This document shows, piece after piece, positions 18,120 through 25,992 of a stretch of 64,000 bases of DNA. The position numbers and the translations under genes were made by a program. The DNA comes from an uncultured Bacilli bacterium (GTDB taxonomy: Bacteria > Bacillota_I > Bacilli_A > RF39 > UBA660). Below the pieces are notes generated by a model. It had not been told where the DNA came from. It was given only the letters and a program-made list of their open reading frames with translations, and searched no databases. The stretch's first letter is position 1. Every line of letters begins with the position of its first letter. The DNA lies in the NCBI GenBank assembly GCA_944372055.1, contig CALVYF010000001.1, positions 54,384-118,383 on the forward strand. Direction: 5' to 3'.

Positions 18120-18205
18120 ATATACCTCCATTATTTTCTATGTAAAATATTAAAAAAATATACATAAATATAAAAAAGAATGATATGATGAAAATAGGTG
18201 ATAAA

Positions 18206-19069
18206 ATGAAAAAAAGGAAAATAAAAAAAGGGCCTAAAATAGTTTTGTTTTTATTAATTGTTTTTTTAGTGATAGGAGGCCTAATCATAAATCAAAATAA
18301 CCAAGAAACAAAAGAAAAACCCAAAAAGCAAACAAAAGAGGAACAAAAAATAAACAAGTTAAAATCGATTCCATATTACAAAAAAGAATATCAAAAAAGA
18401 TATTTAGAATATCAAAAAGATAATCCTAACTTATCAGTAGAAAATATAGTAACTTATGTAAACATAGGAATAGATAAACCATACTACACAAACACAAAAC
18501 CATCAAAAAACTTAAATACAAATTTAATATTAGTAAATAAATACAATTATTTAACAGAAGACTACTTACCAAAAAATCTAGAACCAATCGATATAGCATA
18601 TGCCAGAAGCGGAATGCAATTAGTAAGTGAAGCAAGGTCTGCATTCGAAATACTTTCAGAAGACGCTAAAAAAGAAGGAATGAATATTATTGCTATGTCT
18701 AGTTATAGAAGTTATGACTACCAAGTGAATCTATACGATAATTATGTAGCAACGGATGGAAAAGAAGCTGCAGACACCTATTCTGCTAGAGCAGGATATT
18801 CTGAACATCAAACCGGTTTAGCAGTAGATGTCTATAATAAAGTTTTACCTTACACATCATTTGAAGAAACAGAAGAATTTAATTGGATGCAAGAAAATGC
18901 CTATAAATATGGATTCATTTTAAGATTTCCAAAAGATAAAGTAAATATCACAGGTTATCAATATGAATCATGGCATTATCGTTATGTAGGGAAAGAAGCT
19001 GCTAAATATATTCACAACCACGATTTAACATTAGAAGAATACTATGTAAAAAAGGTTGAGAAAAATTAA
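18206..19069 (+). CDS. M15/VanY-type D-Ala-D-Ala carboxypeptidase, membrane anchored
   Basis: N-terminal TM helix and Lys-rich linker. The C-terminal domain has ...SSYRSYDYQ...GYSEHQTGLAVDV...ESWHYRYVG..., typical of VanY/M15B zinc peptidases. GGTGA RBS before the ATG at 18206. Confidence 0.65.
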   Translation: MKKRKIKKGPKIVLFLLIVFLVIGGLIINQNNQETKEKPKKQTKEEQKINKLKSIPYYKKEYQKRYLEYQKDNPNLSVENIVTYVNIGIDKPYYTNTKPSKNLNTNLILVNKYNYLTEDYLPKNLEPIDIAYARSGMQLVSEARSAFEILSEDAKKEGMNIIAMSSYRSYDYQVNLYDNYVATDGKEAADTYSARAGYSEHQTGLAVDVYNKVLPYTSFEETEEFNWMQENAYKYGFILRFPKDKVNITGYQYESWHYRYVGKEAAKYIHNHDLTLEEYYVKKVEKN

Positions 19070-19665
19070 TTCTCAACCTTTTTTTCATCAAATTTTTTCT
19101 TAAAAAACAAATACAAATAATAAAAACAACTAACGACAACCCAAAATAATGTAACCAAATTACTAACCTGAACTAATGACAAAATCTGATTATTTTGATA
19201 TAAAAGCACGGTATCAGCAAAATCTATCTTACTATAAACAGCCAGTACAATAAACATTGAAAAAAGCAAAAAAACAATAATACTACAACAATAATTAAAT
19301 ACTTTTTTCATTGGTTTCATTTTCTTACTAAACATAGTAATGAAACACACTGCGACCATAAAAAGAAAAATAAAGAAATAAACAATAGTAGAAGGAAAAT
19401 AATAGTAATCCATAATTTTCATAATAAAAGAATCAAGACAGGTAATAGCATAAGAAGAAAAGATAAAACAAAATACACTAATACCACTAACAATAAAAAT
19501 AGCTAAAACAATAGGAACGATTTTATTTTTAATCTTAACATTAAAAACTAACACTAAAAATAATAAAAGGAAGAATAAAACTAGTTCAATAGACATAAAA
19601 GATGAAAATAATAATTGAAATATTATTTTCATCTTATCAAAAAGTCCTAAATCCATAGCCCACAC
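19066..19665 (-). CDS. polytopic membrane protein, unknown function
   Basis: 199 aa with about 6 hydrophobic helices and no motif I recognise. Confidence 0.35.
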   Translation of the reverse strand: MWAMDLGLFDKMKIIFQLLFSSFMSIELVLFFLLLFLVLVFNVKIKNKIVPIVLAIFIVSGISVFCFIFSSYAITCLDSFIMKIMDYYYFPSTIVYFFIFLFMVAVCFITMFSKKMKPMKKVFNYCCSIIVFLLFSMFIVLAVYSKIDFADTVLLYQNNQILSLVQVSNLVTLFWVVVSCFYYLYLFFKKKFDEKKVEN

Positions 19666-19671
19666 CTCCTA

Positions 19672-20346
19672 TTATACTAATTCTGCAATATAAATAGTTT
19701 GTGTAGTATCATCATTTTTTGTACAGGTAATTAATGTCAAAGTTGTCTTATTATAATTTCTATAAATCGCAACTTTTCCTGCTTTCGGAACCGTATATAT
19801 ATTCACAATATTATATCTATATCTTTGTCCTTGATATGTAATATAAGCAGAATCGCCAACATTTAATCGATATAGATATGCAAAAAACGAAATATAAGCA
19901 TCTCCAGAATGAGCCATCAACATTAAATTACCATTAGAAGTATCAGGCATAGTAGACCCTGGAACAACAGTTATGTTATATTCGATACTATTATACTTAG
20001 AATCAGTATTATAAAAACCTCTTTTTAATCCTATTTTAGGGATTTCAAGCACCCCAGTATATTTACTATAATCAATCTCTGTTTCAGCTTGCTGATAAAC
20101 AGTACCATCAGATACGTTATCAGCAACAGGAACGTCTATTTCCTCTTCTTCATCACTTGGTAAATTCAACCCAGCAATTGCAATTTTCATATTAGAATAG
20201 ACTTGCTCTTTCAAAAAAGCCAAATGATTATAAGAAAGAATGAAAAGACCTATAAATACAAGGAAAGAGCCGATTAATAATAACTGACTCTTTCGCAACC
20301 ATTTTCTTTTTTTATTGTTGTTTTTGTCTTGGTTTGGCATTTGCAT
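19672..20346 (-). CDS. sortase (class D/B-like)
   Basis: N-terminal TM anchor, LMAHSG (catalytic His region) and TLITCT (TLxTC catalytic Cys). Immediately downstream of, and overlapping, its putative substrate gene. No Arg is visible after the catalytic Cys in the short C-terminus. Confidence 0.65.
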   Translation of the reverse strand: MQMPNQDKNNNKKRKWLRKSQLLLIGSFLVFIGLFILSYNHLAFLKEQVYSNMKIAIAGLNLPSDEEEEIDVPVADNVSDGTVYQQAETEIDYSKYTGVLEIPKIGLKRGFYNTDSKYNSIEYNITVVPGSTMPDTSNGNLMLMAHSGDAYISFFAYLYRLNVGDSAYITYQGQRYRYNIVNIYTVPKAGKVAIYRNYNKTTLTLITCTKNDDTTQTIYIAELV

Positions 20347-21526
20347 AGATAATACCTACTCCGCATAACAATACGACAAGACCAATAAAGTAAACTGATT
20401 GTGCAATACTCATGCTAGTATCAGGTACTTCTGGAGTATAGTTAATAGGAATATCAAGATCATCAAAAGCTTTAACGTCAGTAGTAAATACAGTACTTAC
20501 AGTTTGAGCTCTACCAGCTTTGTATTCATAACCATCATATCCTCTAAAAGTTCCTTCAGCATGAAGTAAAACACTCTTATTTTCTTCAGTTACAGACTCA
20601 ACAGGAATTCTTACATAAAATCTAGGATTCTTTTCATTAACAGTTTCAATTTGTCGACCATTTTCATCAATTAGAATTGTTCCATCTGGAGCAGATTGAA
20701 TTTCAACTTTCAATGAACCTGAAACAAAGTTATTAGGATCACTATTAGTAATAGTAACTAAAGAAGTCTGATAATATTTTTCATCTTCTGTAATTGACAT
20801 CTCTTGATTAGCAAGACTAACAGTAATTGTACCATTTGCAGTAACATTAGATTGTCTAGCTTCAGCTACAATTGGAGCAATATAAGTATCATAGAAAGTA
20901 GCTTGACTAGTAGCTCCAGCACCACAACCATCTACACGACATCCTACAACTTCTGTATCCCATGAAAGACTAACAGCTGTTTTAATATTTTCTATATTAG
21001 CAACATTTCCAGAACCAGTAGCATTATTAGCTGCACCTGTCTCATATAAATATTGCCAAATAGTAGCTTGAGTAATCCAAGTTTGAACTTCATCTGGGAA
21101 TACTTGTCCTTTAGAATCATTAAATTTTACATGTGGAAAAGTATGAGCCATTACATATAATAAACCTTGATCTGTAATTGGCTTTTCCTTTTTCATAGTA
21201 ATACCACCACGATAATCAATATCACGCTCTAAACAGAAAATTGGAATTCCACTATTAGTAGAATACATTAATATTGGAAATCCTGTATTACTAACAATTT
21301 CAGTACCAGGCGCAGAAGTAGTAAAGCTCTCACCCAATCCTGTATCCTCAGGAATTTCAGTAACTGCCGCATAAGAAACATTAGTAACTCCTATTAATAA
21401 AAATGAAAAGAAAGATACTAATACCATAAATGCTGATAATTTTTTAGACAACTGTGATTTAAAAACTTGTTGAAATGTAGATTGATTTTTTTTGTTATTA
21501 TTATTTTCCATATATATCTTCTCCAT
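20312..21526 (-). CDS. sortase-anchored surface protein (VPDTS sorting signal), possible thioester-domain adhesin
   Basis: Signal peptide. The C-terminus ...TPEVPDTSMSIAQSVYFIGLVVLLCGVGIIYANAKPRQKQQ has a sorting motif, a hydrophobic stretch and a basic tail. VPDTS resembles the LPDTS motif of the B. subtilis YhcR/YhcS class-D pair. The N-terminal domain contains FCLERD and TQATIWQY, reminiscent of thioester-domain Cys and Gln motifs. Confidence 0.5.
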   Translation of the reverse strand: MEKIYMENNNNKKNQSTFQQVFKSQLSKKLSAFMVLVSFFSFLLIGVTNVSYAAVTEIPEDTGLGESFTTSAPGTEIVSNTGFPILMYSTNSGIPIFCLERDIDYRGGITMKKEKPITDQGLLYVMAHTFPHVKFNDSKGQVFPDEVQTWITQATIWQYLYETGAANNATGSGNVANIENIKTAVSLSWDTEVVGCRVDGCGAGATSQATFYDTYIAPIVAEARQSNVTANGTITVSLANQEMSITEDEKYYQTSLVTITNSDPNNFVSGSLKVEIQSAPDGTILIDENGRQIETVNEKNPRFYVRIPVESVTEENKSVLLHAEGTFRGYDGYEYKAGRAQTVSTVFTTDVKAFDDLDIPINYTPEVPDTSMSIAQSVYFIGLVVLLCGVGIIYANAKPRQKQQ

Positions 21527-21585
21527 AATACACCACCTTTATAAATATAATTATAACATAGTTTTTTATTTTTCAATATGTTTTT

Positions 21586-22812
21586 TCATCTTATTACAAA
21601 AATATCTTCAAAATCTTGTAAACGAGGAGCTTTCCTATAGTAGACTTTCGCCAAGGGTTCTCCTTTTTTTACTTTATCACCAACTTGTTTTAATAATTCT
21701 ATACCAACATCATAATATATAGAATCTTCTTTAGAAATACGTCCAGCTCCCAAAGAAACAGATAGCTCTCCCACTTTAATAGCAGAAATACTTTCGATAA
21801 TACCAGCTTTATTAGCTTTAATTTCTTTATATTTTTTACTAACAGATAATCCCTTTAAATTCCCATGCTGAGCTTTTACCAAATCTAAAAACTTTTGATA
21901 AGCAGCACCAGAATGAATGGCCTGTAATACCATATCCTGAGCATCCTGTGGCAAAACGCCTTTAGCCATACATACAAGCTCAGTCGATAAATCAATACAC
22001 AGCTTAGTTAAATTATTGCCTACCTCTTCTCCTTTTAAAATACGAATAGCTTCCATAACTTCCAAACTATTACCGATACAAAAACCAAGCGGAGTATTCA
22101 TATCACTAATCATAGTATGTACTTCTTTTTGATAAACTTTACCTATTTTTTTAACTAAAGAAGAAAGTTCCTGAGCATCTTCCTTAGTTTGTAACAAAGC
22201 TCCATTACCAACCTTAATATCAATTAAAATTTTATCAGCACCACCAGCAATTTTCTTACTCATAATACTAGTGGCAATCAAAGGAACTGAAGAAACGGTA
22301 GCAGTAACATCTCGTAAAGCATAAATTTTCTTATCCATAGGTGCTAAACTAGCAGTTTGACCTGTAATAACAATTCCAATATCCTGAATTTGTTGAATTA
22401 CCTCTTCGTCAGACAAATCCACATGATATCCAGGAATACTCTCTAATTTATCAATCGTACCTCCTGTATATCCAAGCCCACGACCACTCATTTTCAAAAT
22501 TGGAATACCAAGACTAGCTACAATAGGAGCAATAACCAAAGTGGTTTTATCACCTATTCCTCCTGTAGAATGTTTATCAACAACAACACCAGGAATAAAG
22601 CTTAAATCTAATGTATCCCCACTATCAATAAATATCTTTGTCAAAGAAAATATTTCCTCTTCACTCATCCCATTAATACAAATAGCCATAAGCAAACTGG
22701 ACATTTGATAATCCTTAACAGTACCATCTAAATAACCATTGAAAAAAACATCTAATTCATGATAATTCAATTCTTGACCTAATCTTTTTTTATTTATAAT
22801 ATCAGTAATCAT
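21586..22812 (-). CDS. pdp: pyrimidine-nucleoside (thymidine) phosphorylase
   Basis: 408 aa with an N-terminal glycosyl-transferase family 3 helical domain and a C-terminal PYNP domain. Characteristic ...TGGIGDKTTL... motif. Confidence 0.9.
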   Translation of the reverse strand: MITDIINKKRLGQELNYHELDVFFNGYLDGTVKDYQMSSLLMAICINGMSEEEIFSLTKIFIDSGDTLDLSFIPGVVVDKHSTGGIGDKTTLVIAPIVASLGIPILKMSGRGLGYTGGTIDKLESIPGYHVDLSDEEVIQQIQDIGIVITGQTASLAPMDKKIYALRDVTATVSSVPLIATSIMSKKIAGGADKILIDIKVGNGALLQTKEDAQELSSLVKKIGKVYQKEVHTMISDMNTPLGFCIGNSLEVMEAIRILKGEEVGNNLTKLCIDLSTELVCMAKGVLPQDAQDMVLQAIHSGAAYQKFLDLVKAQHGNLKGLSVSKKYKEIKANKAGIIESISAIKVGELSVSLGAGRISKEDSIYYDVGIELLKQVGDKVKKGEPLAKVYYRKAPRLQDFEDIFVIR

Positions 22813-23216
22813 ACGATCTCCTTTCGAAACACATCTGTCTCACGAACCTGAAACCCCAACTTATGATATAAATGATGTGCAGCAGCTCTCTTTGGATTAG
22901 AAGTTAATTCTAAATATGCAACTCCTGTTTCCTTACAAAGAGAGAATACTTTTTCAAACATTTTAGTAGCAATATGCTGATTACGAAAATTAGGATGAGT
23001 ACAAACATAATTAACATAAAAATAGTTAACTCCTCGAATTCCATCTATCAAACGGTTCAAAACAAGATACCCAACCACTTTGTCATCCACAACAGCAATA
23101 AGTTCTATATCTTGATCAGCAACCTTTCCAACTTTTTTTAACTGAAAAGATAAATCTAAAAGTTCATTAAGTGAATCTAAATACTTATCTTCATAATTTA
23201 TAATATCCATAAACAT
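22809..23216 (-). CDS. GNAT-family N-acetyltransferase
   Basis: 135 aa with acetyl-CoA binding motif A, …HIATKMFEKV… (Q/RxxGxG/A-like). Confidence 0.7.
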   Translation of the reverse strand: MFMDIINYEDKYLDSLNELLDLSFQLKKVGKVADQDIELIAVVDDKVVGYLVLNRLIDGIRGVNYFYVNYVCTHPNFRNQHIATKMFEKVFSLCKETGVAYLELTSNPKRAAAHHLYHKLGFQVRETDVFRKEIV

Positions 23217-23249
23217 CCCACCCTAGTATTATTATCATATCAAAAAAAA

Positions 23250-23267
23250 AACACTAATTCTAGTGTT
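23250..23267. terminator. bidirectional-looking hairpin terminator, serves the ssb/kinase-like operon
   Basis: AACACTAattcTAGTGTT flanked by an A9 run upstream and a T5 run downstream. Confidence 0.45.
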
Positions 23268-23368
23268 TTTAAAATTATCTCTTCTTCTCCAAAACTTTAA
23301 GATATTGATTTGGCATATTAGGTACAGGATAAGCCTGCATTCGATAAGTATCAGCAATGTGAAATACG

Positions 23369-24160
23369 TCATCCCCCCAAATATTCAAGAGAACCACGAC
23401 CATGCATAGCCTTATAAACTTTATCCATAATATCCCAATCATCTAAGTGAATACAATTAAAAAAATCATCTAAAGTAACACGATTATTAGTGCCTGGATA
23501 AAATTGACCTACTTTAGTTAAATCCATATGGAATGTTGTTAAAAAATATAGATGAATTAAACTTTTGATATCAAGTTCTTTTTTAAAAGACATATCAGGA
23601 TTTGTATATTGACTTTGCATAATCTGACGATAATCACCAAGAGCAGTAGAAACAGAAAAACTTTTATATTTTCCAACTTGTAAACCGTCATAGTCAATAA
23701 ATTGAATATCATACCCACCCTGTTTAGGCTGAATAAAAATATTATCACAAGTACAAAGATCAGGAAAAACAACATCACTAGCTTCACGAACCGGCTTTTC
23801 GATAGCAGCATACATTTCAGCAAATTTATATAAATCTTCCTGTTCTGTGATAGGTAAACTCTTATTATAATCTACAAAACTTTTCCCGTTTGCACAATCC
23901 ATAAAGTACCCAACAAAATCATTTCCAATATAAGCAGCCCCTTTAGGTACTATAATCTCAGGAACATTGGAAATTTCTTTAGCATTTAAAATTTTATCTT
24001 CCATACTCTGACCAGTAAACAAATAAAATGTAGAAAGATAAGAAGGTGATAAAATTTTAAGAATATCACCAGACTCAGTTTGAAACAAAGCATTTTCATT
24101 AGATGAAATACACCTCAACTCGTTAAGCGCATTTTTTGTTATTTGTATTTTTTTCATATA
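23369..24160 (-). CDS. hypothetical protein with protein-kinase-like/phosphotransferase fold features
   Basis: DLCTCDNIFI resembles a kinase catalytic loop (DLxxxNI) and FIDYDG a DFG-like motif. The length (~263 aa) fits the CotS/APH-like family. RBS AGGGGGAT before the ATG at 24160. Confidence 0.35.
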   Translation of the reverse strand, partial: YMKKIQITKNALNELRCISSNENALFQTESGDILKILSPSYLSTFYLFTGQSMEDKILNAKEISNVPEIIVPKGAAYIGNDFVGYFMDCANGKSFVDYNKSLPITEQEDLYKFAEMYAAIEKPVREASDVVFPDLCTCDNIFIQPKQGGYDIQFIDYDGLQVGKYKSFSVSTALGDYRQIMQSQYTNPDMSFKKELDIKSLIHLYFLTTFHMDLTKVGQFYPGTNNRVTLDDFFNCIHLDDWDIMDKVYKAMHGRGSLEYLGG

Positions 24161-24204
24161 TCCCCCTAAAAGCAAACATATTGTATCAAAAAAACAGAAG
24201 AAAA

Positions 24205-24555
24205 TCAATTTTTTTCTTCTGTTCCTGCTTGTTCTGTACTTTTAGAAGTCAAAAAAGTAACCTTCTCTCCTACCACCTCCATAATAGTTTCTTTTTTATT
24301 CTTCTTCTCTACAATTCTAGACTGCAATCTTCCCTTCACTCCAACAATATCACCTTTATGACAATATAAACTAGTATTCTCTGCAATATTATCCCAAACA
24401 ATACATTTAATAAAATCAGTATCGTAATTGCCTTCCATATTTTTAAAACTTCTAGGAATAGCTAGAGTAAAAACTAAGTATTTTTTTAAAGAATCGCTTT
24501 TCTTAAGTTCTATATCATAGACAATTCTTCCAACCAAAACCACCTGATTTAACAT
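24205..24555 (-). CDS. ssb: single-stranded DNA-binding protein, short form without acidic tail (SsbB-like)
   Basis: MLNQVVLVGRIVYDIELKKS...FIKCIVWDNIAE...GDIVGVKGRLQSR... is an OB-fold SSB pattern. Confidence 0.7.
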   Translation of the reverse strand: MLNQVVLVGRIVYDIELKKSDSLKKYLVFTLAIPRSFKNMEGNYDTDFIKCIVWDNIAENTSLYCHKGDIVGVKGRLQSRIVEKKNKKETIMEVVGEKVTFLTSKSTEQAGTEEKN

Positions 24556-24647
24556 ATTTCACCTCCTTTCAAAAACATCATAATGAATCAAAAAAGAATT
24601 GACAAACAAGCAAAAAATAAAATTACAAAAAAAAGTACAACGAAAAA

Positions 24648-24676
24648 AGAGAAATCATCATCAAATTTCTCTTTTT
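24648..24676 (-). terminator. intrinsic terminator after the cysteine desulfurase gene
   Basis: Minus-strand RNA AGAGAAAUUUGAUGAUGAUUUCUCU followed by UUUUUCG. Confidence 0.5.
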
Positions 24677-24700
24677 AAAATACATGTAAAAGAACAAAAA

Positions 24701-25903
24701 TCAATATTCAACAATTTTAAAAATATTCTGACAGTTTTTTAATGACGAAACTAAAGCATCAATTTCTTCCGTTGTATTATAAAAGTATAGACTTACTCTA
24801 ACTGTAGATAAAACATTAAGATCTTCTTTTAACATTTTACTACAATGACTCCCAGAACGAACACAAATATGATACATACTTAAATATTTAGAAGCATCCA
24901 TACTGGAAACACCTTCTACATTAAAAGCCAAAATACCACTATTACTATCTTTATTATAAATAGTAACCGAAGGAACTTCACTTAATTTCTCTACTAAATA
25001 TCTTTTTAAATACATTTCATAAATATGAATATGTTCAAGACCTATTTTCATCAAATATAAAATAGCACTCCTCAACCCTAGAACTTCAGCAATTGGTGGC
25101 GTTCCCGCTTCAAATCGAACAGGAATATCCTTAAGTTGATACCCTCCTTCGCTATGAAAAGACTCATTCATACCTCCGCCATAAAAAACAGGAGCCATCT
25201 TTTTCAATAGATTTTCTCTTACAACTAACACCCCAACACCAGTAGGCCCACACATTTTATGACCAGAAAAACTTAAAAAATCAATATTATCATGAATAAA
25301 ATCAATACTTAAGTGAGGTACACTTTGAGCACCATCAACATGAAATAAAATATTATGATTCCTACAATAATTACCAATTACGCGAATATTACGAACATCT
25401 CCAATCACATTAGTAACATGAGCCAAAGATACAACTTTCGTTTTTGATGTAATAGAAGACAAAAAATTTTTATAAGTAACAGCATAATTTTCATCAAGTG
25501 GAATAAAACGAATAACTATACCTATTTCTTCTGCCAAACGAATCCAAGGTAAAATATTAGAAGCATGTTCTGCTTTAGACAATAAAACCTCATCTCCTGC
25601 TTCTAAATAATTCTTCATAAATCCAAATACCATTAAATTAATAGAATGTGTAGTACCACTAGTAAAAACAACTTCTTCAGCACTAGAGCAATGAATAAAA
25701 TCTCTAACTACAAACCTTGTAGAATCATACAAGTAATCTGCTAAAATAGAACTTTCATAAAGACCACGATGAATATTAGCAGTATAATAATTATAATAAT
25801 CATTCATAGCATCAATAACACACCGCGGCTTTAAAGTGGTAGCCGCATTATCAAAATAAATAATGTTTTTATTAGATAATATTGGAAAATCTTCTCGTCT
25901 CAT
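24701..25903 (-). CDS. cysteine desulfurase (class V aminotransferase, NifS/SufS-like)
   Basis: 400 aa. PLP-lysine motif ...SFSGHKMCGPTGVGVL..., a catalytic Cys near the C-terminus (…SGSHCS…) and an N-terminus typical of SufS/CsdA. No sufBCD genes are adjacent. Confidence 0.8.
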   Translation of the reverse strand: MRREDFPILSNKNIIYFDNAATTLKPRCVIDAMNDYYNYYTANIHRGLYESSILADYLYDSTRFVVRDFIHCSSAEEVVFTSGTTHSINLMVFGFMKNYLEAGDEVLLSKAEHASNILPWIRLAEEIGIVIRFIPLDENYAVTYKNFLSSITSKTKVVSLAHVTNVIGDVRNIRVIGNYCRNHNILFHVDGAQSVPHLSIDFIHDNIDFLSFSGHKMCGPTGVGVLVVRENLLKKMAPVFYGGGMNESFHSEGGYQLKDIPVRFEAGTPPIAEVLGLRSAILYLMKIGLEHIHIYEMYLKRYLVEKLSEVPSVTIYNKDSNSGILAFNVEGVSSMDASKYLSMYHICVRSGSHCSKMLKEDLNVLSTVRVSLYFYNTTEEIDALVSSLKNCQNIFKIVEY

Positions 25904-25964
25904 AGCATCACCTCATAGATATGATATTTTATGAGAAAAAAGAAGAAAGCTCCATAATATTAAA

Positions 25965-25992
25965 CCAAAAGAAAAAGTATCTTTCGATACTT
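25965..25992 (-). terminator. intrinsic terminator after the coiled-coil protein gene
   Basis: Minus-strand RNA AAAGUAUCGAAAGAUACUUU followed by UUCUUUUGG. Confidence 0.5.

Noticed and set aside
18076-18288. 70-aa Phe/Ile-rich minus-strand ORF between dacF-like and vanY-like genes
   Set aside because: It overlaps the divergent promoter region and the vanY-like start on the opposite strand. It is translated poly-A/T tracts with no RBS.
18426-18644. 72-aa minus-strand ORF
   Set aside because: It is antisense to the VanY-like gene.
21492-21722. 76-aa plus-strand ORF spanning the adhesin/pdp junction
   Set aside because: It is antisense to the pdp 3' end and to the adhesin start, and has no RBS.
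23557-24369. 88-aa and 77-aa ORFs overlapping the kinase-like and ssb genes
   Set aside because: They are antisense or alternative-frame artefacts.
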